Shown: positions 17,639-27,528, counted from the first letter of the stretch. The stretch is 64,000 nt of DNA from Candidatus Poseidoniia archaeon (GCA_030754655.1 JASLZX010000001.1:91059-155058), one strand, 5' to 3'. Made by a program: numbers and translations. Notes: generated from the sequence alone by a model not told the origin.

Positions 17639-19129
17639 ATGCGTGCACTAGTGGCGCTGACGACCTTCCTGCTACTCTTCTCCCTGCTGTCGGTCGATAC
17701 GGTGCGAGCCGCCGAGCCGGACTACGGTAGCGGCCAGTTCCACGAACTGGACCTCTATTTCTACGGTGACCTTGACGGAGGCAGCGGCAGCTTCAACACC
17801 ACTGCGCCGGCCAGCGACAGCGACACCGAGAGCGATTGCCCGCAGGACGGCAACCGCCTCGGCGTTACTGGTGGTCGTAACTGGGAGGACGTCGGCAGCT
17901 GGTTCAGCCCTGCCTTCAACACTAATGCCACCGCGCGCGGAACGGTCCCCTTCGAAATCTGGGCCATGGCGACTTCCGGCTCGGTCAAGGACGTCCAGTT
18001 CCGTGCGACGCTGGTAGTGCCTGGCGCTGGATTCCTGCAGAGCGAGACCGAGACCCGCACAGTCAACAACAATGCCTCACACTTCTCGACCAGCTTCTCG
18101 CTCGACGGCGAATACCAGATTGACCGCGGTCAGACCATTCGAGTCGACCTCGAGTATTCGGGTGGCGACGACTGGCAGCCGTTCGGGGGCTCGAGCGACC
18201 AGATAGTGGCGCTCACATCCAGCCTGAACCACTCGGCTGGTATCTCGCTCGAGCTGGACCACTTCCGCACCGAATTCCCGCGCATCGAAGTGGATCACGC
18301 GCGCGAAGTGGTTGAGGTAGAGGCGCGGCTGCTCTCGGCTTTCGGGAGCGAGGATTTGCAATCGGAGACCTGGGGCCTTGAGGTGCGCGGCACCAGCTCG
18401 GGCACGCACGTCACGGTCGCCGGGGGAGTGCTCGAAGACTCGAATGGCGAGTCGCTGCGGGTGAAATGGGAGTGGGCCTACAATGAAGATGAGGCGCCCA
18501 GCGACACCTACTACCTGACGGTGAGTTGTGGCGATATTCAGGGCAACGAGTGGGAGAGTAGCGGCGACGAGCGTCTCTATCTGGTCGTCCACCAGAGCGA
18601 CATCGACAACTACGTCGGGTGGGAGGACGTCTCAATCAATGGCGCGACGAATTCAACCACCGTAACCACCGGTAAGCCATTCGCGATTGCTATCACCATT
18701 CGCACCGCTGGCGACCCTGCGATAGGTTACAACCCGGTGCCGGTTGTGGTTTACTACAGCCACAACAACGGCCCGCTCGTGCTGGCGCACGACACTTTCA
18801 CCTTCGTTACTCCTGGGGAGAGCAGCGTCGTTAGCTTTGCGATGGCATTCGACAGCCCGGGCAGTTACACCCTGCGCATCGTCCTCGATAAAGATGATTA
18901 CGCCCTCGAAACCGACGAGACCAACAACATGGTCGAATATTCGCTGACCGTCGCAGACGGGGATAGCGGCCTCGTCTCGGGCGACTGGTTCGAGAGTCTA
19001 CAGGACCTCGACACGATGACCCTCGGCATCGGCGGCGTTGCTGTACTGGTAATCCTCGGTGTGGTGATGGCGCTGCGCCGCGCCTCCCGGAGCGAGGATA
19101 TGGAGTGGGATGATGACGACGAGTTCTGA
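17639..19129 (+). CDS. Secreted cell-surface protein with CARDB-like domain and C-terminal TM anchor
   Basis: Signal peptide MRALVALTTFLLLFSLLSVDTVRA. CARDB-like region (…YTLRIVLDKDDYALETDETNNMVEYSLTV…). C-terminal TM plus charged tail (…LGIGGVAVLVILGVVMALRRASRSEDMEWDDDDEF). Confidence 0.55.
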   Translation: MRALVALTTFLLLFSLLSVDTVRAAEPDYGSGQFHELDLYFYGDLDGGSGSFNTTAPASDSDTESDCPQDGNRLGVTGGRNWEDVGSWFSPAFNTNATARGTVPFEIWAMATSGSVKDVQFRATLVVPGAGFLQSETETRTVNNNASHFSTSFSLDGEYQIDRGQTIRVDLEYSGGDDWQPFGGSSDQIVALTSSLNHSAGISLELDHFRTEFPRIEVDHAREVVEVEARLLSAFGSEDLQSETWGLEVRGTSSGTHVTVAGGVLEDSNGESLRVKWEWAYNEDEAPSDTYYLTVSCGDIQGNEWESSGDERLYLVVHQSDIDNYVGWEDVSINGATNSTTVTTGKPFAIAITIRTAGDPAIGYNPVPVVVYYSHNNGPLVLAHDTFTFVTPGESSVVSFAMAFDSPGSYTLRIVLDKDDYALETDETNNMVEYSLTVADGDSGLVSGDWFESLQDLDTMTLGIGGVAVLVILGVVMALRRASRSEDMEWDDDDEF

Positions 19130-19487
19130 CCTGCGCTTCCCGCCCGCGGACGAGACGCATTACGTCTACGACAAGGAGGCGGTCGGCGAAGGCTCGCGCT
19201 ACGGCGAATCGACGGTCGGCAATGTGGAGGAACGCACTTGCCGCAGCTGTGGCAAGTCGTTCAACTGGGCCTTCAAAGTTGGCAACGCGATGACCGATTC
19301 GACGCCGGCCGGTGTCGCGCACGCGGTCGACAACGGCGCCAGTCGGGGCTACTGCACGATTGAATGCTTCATGGCGGGCGATTCCGACCTCGAACAGGCG
19401 ACGCTCGACCGCGACTCCGCCGGGCTCTGGACGCTGGCGAAGCGCAACTGGTTCGGGCTGAAAGTGCTGCGCGGACTGGGCCGCTAG
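19110..19487 (+). CDS. Hypothetical small Cys-containing protein
   Basis: 125 aa with CRSCGKS…CTIEC, a possible Zn-binding site. Overlaps the preceding gene by about 20 nt and converges on radA with a 4-nt overlap. Confidence 0.3.
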   Translation: MMTTSSDLRFPPADETHYVYDKEAVGEGSRYGESTVGNVEERTCRSCGKSFNWAFKVGNAMTDSTPAGVAHAVDNGASRGYCTIECFMAGDSDLEQATLDRDSAGLWTLAKRNWFGLKVLRGLGR

Positions 19488-20434
19488 TCGCGAATTCCGT
19501 CTTCCAGAATCTGCACCACCGCTTCCCCGTCGGGGAGATGTGGTGAGTCAACGAGTCGGAAGATGCGTTTGCCTGCCTTGCCGCGCCGGATATAGATCCT
19601 GAATTTTGAGGTGTGGCCGACGATGTGGCCGCCAATTGGCCTGGTCGGGTCGCCGAAAGCGAAACCGTCCGGCTTGGAGAGCACTTGATTAGTGACTGCC
19701 ACTGCAGCGTTATGCTCGTCTGCGAATTTAGTCAGGGCCTCCATATGACTGCCGATTTTGCCCTGCCGTTCGGCTAGCATGCCGCGGCCGATATACTCCG
19801 ACCGGAACGCGCCGGTCAGTGAGTCGACCGCCAGTAACCGGATTGGCCGCTCCTCGGCCAGTTGCTTGACTTTATCGACCATCAGCATCTGCTGGTGCGA
19901 GTTGTAGGCGCGGCCGACGTGGATGCGAGCCAGCACCTCATCGGGGTCCAGATCCAGGGCTTTGGCCATCGAGACGATGCGCTCGGGGCGGAAGGTATTC
20001 TCGGTATCGATAATCGCAGCTTCCCCATTCAGGCCCCCCTGCTCCTCCGGCAGCTGCACGGTCACTGCCAGCTGGTGGATAATCTGCGTTTTACCCGAAC
20101 CGTATTGTCCATAGAATTCGGTGATTAACTGCGTCTCGACGCCGCCGCCGAGCAGTGCGTCCAGCTCGCTGGAGCAGCTGGTCAGCTTGCCTACAGTCTG
20201 CCGTTTCTCGAGCAGTTCAGCCCCCGTCAGGATTCCACCAATATCGACCATACCGATTGCGGCATGGATGATCTCAGCGCACTTAGAATTACCAACACCA
20301 GCAGCCTCGCCCAGGCGCGAGGGCGATTGAGTCGCAATCGATTCGAGGGTACGGTATCCTGCACCTCGTAGTTTATCGCCGATGGTGGGACCGACCCCGG
20401 GGAGGTCCTCGATTGATTCTTCTTTCTTGCCCAT
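19484..20434 (-). CDS. radA: DNA repair and recombination protein RadA
   Basis: N-terminal HhH (LPGVGPTIGDKLRGAGY), Walker A GQYGSGKTQ and a RecA-fold core. 316 aa. Confidence 0.9.
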   Translation of the reverse strand: MGKKEESIEDLPGVGPTIGDKLRGAGYRTLESIATQSPSRLGEAAGVGNSKCAEIIHAAIGMVDIGGILTGAELLEKRQTVGKLTSCSSELDALLGGGVETQLITEFYGQYGSGKTQIIHQLAVTVQLPEEQGGLNGEAAIIDTENTFRPERIVSMAKALDLDPDEVLARIHVGRAYNSHQQMLMVDKVKQLAEERPIRLLAVDSLTGAFRSEYIGRGMLAERQGKIGSHMEALTKFADEHNAAVAVTNQVLSKPDGFAFGDPTRPIGGHIVGHTSKFRIYIRRGKAGKRIFRLVDSPHLPDGEAVVQILEDGIRD

Positions 20435-20555
20435 CAGCGCCTCCGGGGGATGGTTACCTGTGGTAGTTCGACTTCCCGCAGCCAGTCAAACTCGTGCGGG
20501 TCTTCCCAGCGCGGGGCGATAGCCTCGAGGAACTCGCGTACAGACTTGCTCGGCA

Positions 20556-21503
20556 TCATGCCACCCGGAATTTGTTGAACGCTGGCTGGTAGGTCAACCC
20601 CTGGTCGTTGAGCGAGTCGATGACCTCGTCGAGGCGCGAGCCGTCGATGCCGGCCGCCGCTGCGGAATCGCGCAGCGTCTCGTAGATTACGCCTTCTCCA
20701 TCGCCTTCCTTGTCGAGCGAGCCTATGAGTTCGAGCACGGCCGCCTCGGCGTCCGCGTCGCCTTCCGGCTCCCCGTCAGGCGCTGCGGCAGGCGTTTCAT
20801 TGCCTACAGGGGTGTCCTGCTCCGCTATGGGCGCAGGCGCTTCCGGTGCCACCGGAGCCGCTTCCACGTTGCTAGCGGTCTCGAACTCGCCGGTGAACTG
20901 CGCCGTGCTCGGCGCAGTCGTGTCGCCGCTGAGATTCCGCAGGCAGTCGTAGAGCAGTCCGGCGTAGGATTCGGTCGATACCGTCTCGTATTTTTCCTGC
21001 GCCAGGCCGAGCCCTTCCTTTTCGCGGTTGCTCAGCTCGGCATCGTCGCCCTTCAGGCGGCGCATCAGTGATTCGCACGCCTTGATGGCCCAGACCGAGA
21101 CTTCCTGCTCGCTGACCGCGCGCACGTTCTCGGGCTGGACGCTGACGTAGACCGAGTCGCTGTCGTCAGGCGAATAGGCACGCACCCTCCCGACGGAGAT
21201 TACGTGCGTGGGCGTCTCGATTTTGGAGAGCGCCGCAGCGCCTTCGGGATTGTACTGCCCGGCGCGCAGGTAGTAGGTGTCGCCGTGTGGGTCAACCATG
21301 CGCGCCATGTAGAACGGATCCGTCTCGCTGCCGCGGTTCTCGACATCGGTCAGAATGCCGCCGATGAGCACGCGCGAGAGCTTGGAGCCCATCTCCGAAA
21401 TCAGGTAGGTGGGCGAATACTCGCGGTCCTCGACATGCGTCTCGTGAGCGCGCGAAAGCTCCTGCGCCAGTACCGGAAGGGCCGGTTCCCTGCGACGCGC
21501 CAT
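20556..21503 (-). CDS. RPA-associated OB-fold protein (RPA32/RPAP-like) with C-terminal winged-helix-like tail
   Basis: N-terminal OB-fold region (…RVLIGGILTDVENRGSETDPFYMARMVDPHGDTYYLRAG…), an acidic linker and a C-terminal …IYETLRDSAAAAGIDGSRLDEVIDSLNDQGLTYQP. Directly downstream of rpa1 on the same strand. Confidence 0.5.
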   Translation of the reverse strand: MARRREPALPVLAQELSRAHETHVEDREYSPTYLISEMGSKLSRVLIGGILTDVENRGSETDPFYMARMVDPHGDTYYLRAGQYNPEGAAALSKIETPTHVISVGRVRAYSPDDSDSVYVSVQPENVRAVSEQEVSVWAIKACESLMRRLKGDDAELSNREKEGLGLAQEKYETVSTESYAGLLYDCLRNLSGDTTAPSTAQFTGEFETASNVEAAPVAPEAPAPIAEQDTPVGNETPAAAPDGEPEGDADAEAAVLELIGSLDKEGDGEGVIYETLRDSAAAAGIDGSRLDEVIDSLNDQGLTYQPAFNKFRVA

Positions 21504-22838
21504 TCAGGCCTCCAGCGCCGCCAGGAATTGCTTGGCGACAGAGGGCACGTCAAGGTTGTGTGCTGGCCGGCACTTGTGCGCGAAGAACATCAGGCCGTAG
21601 TCGTCGGAGCGTGTGTACCCCTCCACCGTCAGTGGCTTGAGCAGAAGTGCCTGCTCCAGTTCTTCGGTCAGCGCCTCAGCGGAGTAGTTCTCGCGCACCA
21701 GCTCGAGGCACGAATCGAGGTCGCGCCCCAGCACCTTCTCGGTCAGCTCGCGGTTCAGGAATAACTGTAGTGAACCGGTGCCGTCGTCGAAGAGCAGCTT
21801 GGTCCGCAGGTCGGGCGGTCCCTCCTGCTCGCCGTGCACCATGCACTGCCGGCTGCGGAGCACGCGGTTGCACTCGGGGCAGCGGAAAATCAGCCCGCTG
21901 CCCTCGCGCACTGCCAACACGTGCCCCTCCAGGAGCGCGTCGCTAGCGCCGCCGCGCTCGTCGAGCAGGTCGATAGTGTAGCTGGTCCCCACCGCCAGTT
22001 CTTCCAGCGACGGGAGTTCGGCGTCGACCGCGCCCACTACGGTGTTTTCGTTGATTTGCAGCTCGGGGATGCCCTGCCACTCGCGCACGTAGGCGTTGCC
22101 GATTTCGTAGATGGTATCGGCCTGTAGTTTGTGGTCGTGCCAGGCGGTGAAGCGGCAGCTACCGCTGGCGTCTGCCAGCGTTCCGCTCCAGAGCGCTTTC
22201 GGCTCGCCGCGCACGGTCACCTCGCGCTCCTGCACATCCAGGATGCGCACGGTCAGTGTGACCGAGCCCATACCGTTCCGTAGTCCCGCAACGTCGCTCG
22301 CGGAGCCGGCGGTCGGACTGCCGGCCGCCGGCACATCCAGCGCCGCCAGAGCCTCGTCCTCGACCTCCCGCACCCGGCAGCGATCGCCCAGATTCAGGTC
22401 GACGCGGTCTTTCCACCCCTTGGAATAGGCGTTGGTGACCTCGAGGATCGTCCCCGGCTCGGCCGTGAACTCGTCACGCCAGACGGTGAAGCGCAGGGTA
22501 GCGCTGCCGTCGGCGATTTCCCCCTCGAAAATGGTCTTCTGCGAGCCATCCTTCAGATTGATTTCCTTCGAGAACACAGACACGATCTTCGCGCGGAAGC
22601 TGACCGATGCCTCGTCCGCTTTGATGTTAGCCAGCGGCATGAATGCGCTGGCCTGCAACGTGCGGGGGTCGCCATAGTGCTTCCGGACAATCGCCTCCTT
22701 GGCGGTTGCCAGATCGATGCCGTAGTTCTCCACGTATTGCCTCAGTTCTTCGACAATCGTGGCTTCGTCCAGTTTGTTTTCCAGGGCCTCTGCAATGTCC
22801 TTGACATGCGGGCCAAAGTCGGTTTCGTTTGCTTGCAT
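21504..22838 (-). CDS. rpa1: Replication protein A large subunit (multi-OB-fold ssDNA-binding protein with Zn ribbon)
   Basis: Several OB folds (…ATLRFTVWRDEF…, …CRFTAWHDH…) and a Zn ribbon (CPECNRVLRSRQCMVHG). I take the start at Met16 (MQANETDFGP). The track ORF extends to 22883 from a TTG. Confidence 0.75.
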   Translation of the reverse strand: MQANETDFGPHVKDIAEALENKLDEATIVEELRQYVENYGIDLATAKEAIVRKHYGDPRTLQASAFMPLANIKADEASVSFRAKIVSVFSKEINLKDGSQKTIFEGEIADGSATLRFTVWRDEFTAEPGTILEVTNAYSKGWKDRVDLNLGDRCRVREVEDEALAALDVPAAGSPTAGSASDVAGLRNGMGSVTLTVRILDVQEREVTVRGEPKALWSGTLADASGSCRFTAWHDHKLQADTIYEIGNAYVREWQGIPELQINENTVVGAVDAELPSLEELAVGTSYTIDLLDERGGASDALLEGHVLAVREGSGLIFRCPECNRVLRSRQCMVHGEQEGPPDLRTKLLFDDGTGSLQLFLNRELTEKVLGRDLDSCLELVRENYSAEALTEELEQALLLKPLTVEGYTRSDDYGLMFFAHKCRPAHNLDVPSVAKQFLAALEA

Positions 22839-23011
22839 GGAGTATCTCCTTTGTTTATGCCCCAGGACTCCACCCCGGGACAACCCACATACCCCACTAG
22901 GGGTTATAAACTTAATGGTGATTATGTGATTTACCCTTTTTGGACATTATACTATTATGGGTGAATGGGCGCATCTCAACTGTTATATGGAGGCCAGTCT
23001 CGGCGCAGCCG

Positions 23012-23536
23012 ATGAGGGTAGACGAATTGACCCCGCGCAGCAGCCGCGTCAGCATGGCGGTCAAGGTGCTGTCGATGGACGAGCCCCGCGATATTGAGAG
23101 CGGCGGGCGCGTTTGCGAGGGACTGGTAGGCGACGAAACCGGCACGGTTGTGATGAGTTTCTGGGACGAGGAACGTGATCAGGTGGCGGTCGATGCGACC
23201 ATCTGGCTCAAGGATGCGCGCGCCACGTTGGTACGCGGTTCGTTGCGGCTCAGCCTCGGCAAGTTCGGGTCGCTGGACGAGCTCGGCCGTGAAGTGGGAA
23301 GCGTCCGCGACGACCTCAACCTCTCCGATCTTGCGTATGCAATGCCGCGGCCGGACCGCGGACGTGGTGGTGGCCGGGGCGGCGGCGGCGGTGGCAAGTG
23401 TTTCAACTGCGGCAAGCCGGGCCACATCTCGCGTGAATGCCCGGAAGGTGGCGGCGGTAAGCCAGGCGGCGGTAAGTGTTTCAACTGCGGCAAGCCGGGC
23501 CACATCTCGCGAGAATGCCCCGACCGGGGGAACTGA
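23012..23536 (+). CDS. OB-fold protein with RGG box and two CCHC zinc knuckles
   Basis: OB-like N-terminus ([54 protein letters not shown]…). Then [13 protein letters not shown]. Then two copies of [15 protein letters not shown], which is C-x2-C-x4-H-x4-C. The track ORF starts at 22940; the real start is uncertain. Confidence 0.6.
   Translation: MRVDELTPRSSRVSMAVKVLSMDEPRDIESGGRVCEGLVGDETGTVVMSFWDEERDQVAVDATIWLKDARATLVRGSLRLSLGKFGSLDELGREVGSVRDDLNLSDLAYAMPRPDRGRGGGRGGGGGGKCFNCGKPGHISRECPEGGGGKPGGGKCFNCGKPGHISRECPDRGN
23396..23520 (+). repeat. Tandem 47-nt direct repeat (46/47 identical) encoding the two CCHC zinc knuckles
   Basis: aagtgtttcaactgcggcaagccgggccacatctcgcg[t/a]gaatgccc occurs at about 23396-23442 and 23474-23520. 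Confidence 0.8.
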
Positions 23537-23636
23537 GCTGGCGCGACGCGGGCGGCACCGCAGGCGCGGCCCCAAGAAGGCGCAGCCTCCGCGACGCAAG
23601 GAGAAGAAACCGCAGAAGCGGCAGATCCGGCAGCGC

Positions 23637-23876
23637 ATGCTCAATCCCGCGCGCCGGACTGAGACGATTTACTTTTTGGACGAGGCGCTGCAGGAATCGG
23701 ACTTGGGCGAGAAAGAGACCGAGCCGTTCATTGCCACGCTGGTAGCGCTGGCGACGCGCGAAACGCTGGGCGCCGCGGCCGACCTACTGGAAGAGAAAAG
23801 CGGGGAAGGCATCATCACCCCCGACATGAGCGAGCGGCTGCTCAGGATTATGAGCCGCTTTTCCGTAATGCGGTGA
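23637..23876 (+). CDS. Hypothetical small acidic protein; start uncertain
   Basis: MLNPARRTETIYFLDEALQESDLGEKETEPFIATLVALATRETLGAAADLLEEKSGEGIITPDMSERLLRIMSRFSVMR. The same frame is open upstream and encodes a K/R-rich stretch (…RRGRHRRRGPKKAQPPRRKEKKPQKRQIRQR) back past the stop of the zinc-knuckle gene. Confidence 0.3.
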   Translation: MLNPARRTETIYFLDEALQESDLGEKETEPFIATLVALATRETLGAAADLLEEKSGEGIITPDMSERLLRIMSRFSVMR

Positions 23877-23894
23877 GCTTTTTTAGCGTCCGCC

Positions 23895-25727
23895 GTGCGG
23901 CCGGTCCTGATGGCCAGCGACGACGAGGCTGCAGCCGCCGACATTCTTGATGAGGAGCAGCCGCCGACAGGACCGCTGCGCCAACCCATCGTGGCTGTGC
24001 TGGGGCACGTCGACCATGGTAAGACGTCGCTGCTCGACTGGGTGCGCGGCACCGCGGTCGTAAGCCGCGAGGCGGGCGCGATTACGCAGCACATCGGCGC
24101 GACCGAGGTGCCGTTCGAGACCATCAGCGACATCTGCGGCGCACTGTTGCCGGAGGAGAACATCCGGCTTCCCGGGCTACTCTTCATCGACACCCCCGGC
24201 CACCATTCCTTCAGTACCCTGCGTGCGCGGGGGGGGCAGCTGGCAGACCTGGCGGTGCTGGTCGTGGATATCATGGAGGGCTTCAAGCCGCAGACCATAG
24301 AGTCGTTGCAGGTGTTGCGGCGGGCGCAGACGCCCTTTATCTTGGTGCTGAACAAGATTGATAGGCTCCCCGGCTGGCGCACTCGCAAAGGCACTTTCGC
24401 CGCCAATCGGCAGGGGCAGTCGCAGCTGGCGCAGGATGCGCTGCAGGAGCGCATCTGGGAAATCGTGCGCACCTTAGGTGGACACAACTTCGATTCGGCG
24501 CTCTACTCCGAGGTCGAGGATTTCCAGAAGACGATTGCGTTAGTGCCTACATCAGTCCGTGACAGCGGCGAAGGCGTCCCCGAGCTGTTCATGCTGCTGA
24601 TGGGGCTGGCGCAACGCTATCTCGAAGGGCGGCTGGTGCTGAAGGAGGGCGTAGCTGAGGGGACTGTGCTCGAGGTAAAGGAGGAGCGCGGGCTCGGCAA
24701 GACGCTGGGGATTATAATCTATAACGGCGTCCTGCGCGCGAGCGACACGCTGATCATCGGCGCGACCCCCGAGCCGTTGGTAACGCGCGTGCGCAGCCTG
24801 CTGCAGCCGCGGCCGCTGGACGAAATTCGCGACCCGCGCCAGCAGTTTAACGTGGTCACAGAGGTTGCTGCCGCCGCCGGCCTGAAGGTGGTCGCGCCCG
24901 ACCTTGAGGGCGTCATTGCCGGCGCGCCTTTCTACGGAGTCCCACAAGGCGACGATATCGCGCCGGTGTTGGAACGGCTTTCGGGGGAGATGGAGAGCAA
25001 CGTCGCGCTCGAGGACCGCGGGCTAGTGGTGCGCGCCGACGCCATCGGCTCGCTTGAGGCGCTTGCCTACGAATTGCAGGAAGCGGGCGCGCCAATCATG
25101 CGCGCCGCTGTCGGCGACGTCTCGCGCCGCGACGTGCGGCTGGCTGAGACCGCGCCGGCCGAGCAGCGCGCGGTGCTGGCGTTCGGCGTCAACGTGCTGC
25201 CCGACGCGCGCGAAGCACTGGTCGAGAGCGAAGCGAAGCTCTTCGAGGCGGACGTGGTTTACCAGCTGGTCGAGGAGTACGGTGAGTGGCTGGCGGAGTT
25301 AAAGCGCGAACAGGCCAGAACGTTGCGCGAGGAATTCCCGCACCCCGGCAAAATCGAGTTCCTGGAAGGGCACACCTTCCGCACGCGTGACCCCGCCGTC
25401 TTCGGCGTGCGCGTGCTGGCGGGGCGTATCATGGTCGGCCAGAAAGTGCTGCGCGCCGACAACCACGTCATCGGCCGTATCCGCTCGATGCGCTCCGGGG
25501 AGCAAGGCCTGAAGGAGGCGACGCAGGGCGACGAAGTCGCGATTGCCGTGACCGAGGCGACGGTCGGTCGGCAGGTAAACGAGGGCGATATTCTTTATAT
25601 AGAGATGGACGAGCGTGACGTGGTGCGTTTGCGCGACGAAAACGTCAAGCTGACGCCTGACGAGGAAGACGTCATCACTGAGTTGCAACGCATCAAGAAG
25701 GCGGATTCCCCGTTCTGGGGCCGTTGA
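23895..25727 (+). CDS. infB: Translation initiation factor aIF5B (IF2-type GTPase)
   Basis: G-domain motifs GHVDHGKTSLLD, DTPGH and NKID, followed by domains II-IV. 610 aa. Confidence 0.9.
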   Translation: MRPVLMASDDEAAAADILDEEQPPTGPLRQPIVAVLGHVDHGKTSLLDWVRGTAVVSREAGAITQHIGATEVPFETISDICGALLPEENIRLPGLLFIDTPGHHSFSTLRARGGQLADLAVLVVDIMEGFKPQTIESLQVLRRAQTPFILVLNKIDRLPGWRTRKGTFAANRQGQSQLAQDALQERIWEIVRTLGGHNFDSALYSEVEDFQKTIALVPTSVRDSGEGVPELFMLLMGLAQRYLEGRLVLKEGVAEGTVLEVKEERGLGKTLGIIIYNGVLRASDTLIIGATPEPLVTRVRSLLQPRPLDEIRDPRQQFNVVTEVAAAAGLKVVAPDLEGVIAGAPFYGVPQGDDIAPVLERLSGEMESNVALEDRGLVVRADAIGSLEALAYELQEAGAPIMRAAVGDVSRRDVRLAETAPAEQRAVLAFGVNVLPDAREALVESEAKLFEADVVYQLVEEYGEWLAELKREQARTLREEFPHPGKIEFLEGHTFRTRDPAVFGVRVLAGRIMVGQKVLRADNHVIGRIRSMRSGEQGLKEATQGDEVAIAVTEATVGRQVNEGDILYIEMDERDVVRLRDENVKLTPDEEDVITELQRIKKADSPFWGR

Positions 25728-27528
25728 AGCCGCGCACCAGCGCCGGTACCGCGCTGCTGGTGCAGTGCCGCACTTCTTTCGGAAGGAAGCGGCGGTAGGG
25801 GCGGTGCCCCAGCCGGTTGTCGTAGAGCAGCACCACGCCGCGGTCGGTTTCGCTGCGGATGCAGCGGCCGGCCGCCTGCAGCACGCGGTTGACTGCCGGG
25901 TAGGTCTGCGCGTAGAGACGCCCCTTTCCGTCGCCGAATTTTCGCTCGAAATACTCTTCGAGCTTCTTCTGCTCGAGCGATGGCGGTGGCACTGGTATCC
26001 CGACGACGGCGACTGCGGCGAGCAGGTTGCCGGGATAGTCGACCCCCTCGCCGAAGATGCCCCCCATCACCGCTAGCAGCAGCGCGTCGCGCTGCTGTAG
26101 CCGGCCGAGCAGCGCCGTCCGCTTTGCCGGGGATGCACCGCGCTCCTCGAGCAGCAGCGCCTTGCCATGCTCGCCGAGCCGGCTGGCGACCTCATCGCGC
26201 AGCGCGTAGCTCGGGAAGAACGCCGCGACGTTGCCCGGCGTCGCCTGCGCTACGGCGGTCAGCGACGCCGCCAGCTTGCGGTAGAGCGGGTCGCCGCGGT
26301 TGCGGTAGAGCGTCGAGACGTCGTCGACGCAGAGCAGTAGCCGGTTTTCGGGCGGGAAGGGCGAGCTATAGGTCGCCTTGCGGGAGCGCTCCGTGTCGAG
26401 TCCGAGCAGGTCGCGGTAGAAGCTGCGCGGTTTCAGCGTGCCCGACATCAGCACCGAGCCGCGCACGGCGCGGAAGACCGGCGCGCTGATTGATGCGGGG
26501 TCGAGCAGCCGCAGCGAGAGTTTGCGCTGCCATGGCTTGTCGCCGCCGTGCGCCAGCCGCAGGTCGCTACCTTTCCTCAGGAAGCGCCAGTGGTGCAGGA
26601 AATCTGCCACGTCGCCCATGCGCGCCACCTTGCCACGCTGCAGCCTCCGCTGGGCGGACCGCTCGAGCAGCTGCACGAAGCCCTCCAGATCGGTCAGTTT
26701 CTGCTTCAGCGCCGCGTCGAGCATGCGGCTGACGCTGCCGCCGTCAATCTCCTTCTCGCCTTTGTGGTCGGTCAGGCTCTCGACCAGCCGCTCTAGGATT
26801 GAGAGCTGCGCGCGCAGCGCCTGCCCCGCCTCACGCTGCGCTTCGCGGATACGCTGGAGCGAAAGCGTTGGCGATGCGGAGAGCCGGATGCGGTCGGGCA
26901 GGTTGTGTGCTTCGTCGACAATCAGCAGCACCTCCTCCAACGGCCGCTGGATGCGGTCCCAGACTACGTCGGACCACGGGGTGAAGAGGTAGTTGTAGTC
27001 GCAGACCAGCACGTCGCATTCCTGTGCCGCTTCCAGCGCGACGCGGTGCGGGCACTGCACCTCCTCGCGGCAGAGTGCCTTCAGGTCGGCCGCCGAGAGC
27101 GGCTCGTCGAAGACCTGCGGCAGGAACTGGGGGTTGTAGCCGGCGTGGTAGCTGCAGTCGTTGTTGCGCACCAGTGCGGTGCAGACTGCCTGGAAAACGC
27201 CGTAGCGACTCTCGTCCAAATCGTCGCGCGGGCACATGTCCTGCTTGGAAATCACATCCACGATTTTCAGCGGTTGCTGCGCGTGAATCCGTTTCAGTGT
27301 CTCGACGAAAATAGCGTGCTGTGTCTGCCGTGACGTCAGCGCCACCACCAGTAACCCTCGCTCTTGCGCCACCTCGACCGCGGCGGTCAGCGCCGCGGCG
27401 GTCTTTCCCAGTCCAGTGGGCGCGTGCGCTAGCAGGCGCTCGCCGGCAGCGAACGCCGTGCGGCAGTCATCCAGCATAGCATCCTGCCCCTTGCGGAGCT
27501 CCGGGAACGGGAACAAGGAGCGCCCCAC
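25693..27528 (-). CDS. XPD/Rad3-family (DinG-like) FeS-cluster SF2 helicase
   Basis: Motif I HAPTGLGKT, a 4-Cys FeS region (CPRDD…C…C…C) and DEAH (IVDEAHNL). 611 aa. The 3' end overlaps the infB 3' end by about 35 nt (convergent). Confidence 0.75.
   Translation of the reverse strand: MGRSLFPFPELRKGQDAMLDDCRTAFAAGERLLAHAPTGLGKTAAALTAAVEVAQERGLLVVALTSRQTQHAIFVETLKRIHAQQPLKIVDVISKQDMCPRDDLDESRYGVFQAVCTALVRNNDCSYHAGYNPQFLPQVFDEPLSAADLKALCREEVQCPHRVALEAAQECDVLVCDYNYLFTPWSDVVWDRIQRPLEEVLLIVDEAHNLPDRIRLSASPTLSLQRIREAQREAGQALRAQLSILERLVESLTDHKGEKEIDGGSVSRMLDAALKQKLTDLEGFVQLLERSAQRRLQRGKVARMGDVADFLHHWRFLRKGSDLRLAHGGDKPWQRKLSLRLLDPASISAPVFRAVRGSVLMSGTLKPRSFYRDLLGLDTERSRKATYSSPFPPENRLLLCVDDVSTLYRNRGDPLYRKLAASLTAVAQATPGNVAAFFPSYALRDEVASRLGEHGKALLLEERGASPAKRTALLGRLQQRDALLLAVMGGIFGEGVDYPGNLLAAVAVVGIPVPPPSLEQKKLEEYFERKFGDGKGRLYAQTYPAVNRVLQAAGRCIRSETDRGVVLLYDNRLGHRPYRRFLPKEVRHCTSSAVPALVRGFNGPRTGNPPS

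Noticed and set aside
25765-27333. Multiple plus-strand ORFs (for example 26438..26992, 26905..27333) inside the XPD helicase locus
   Set aside because: They are antisense to a helicase with intact motifs I, II (DEAH) and the FeS Cys cluster. Their composition is low-complexity.
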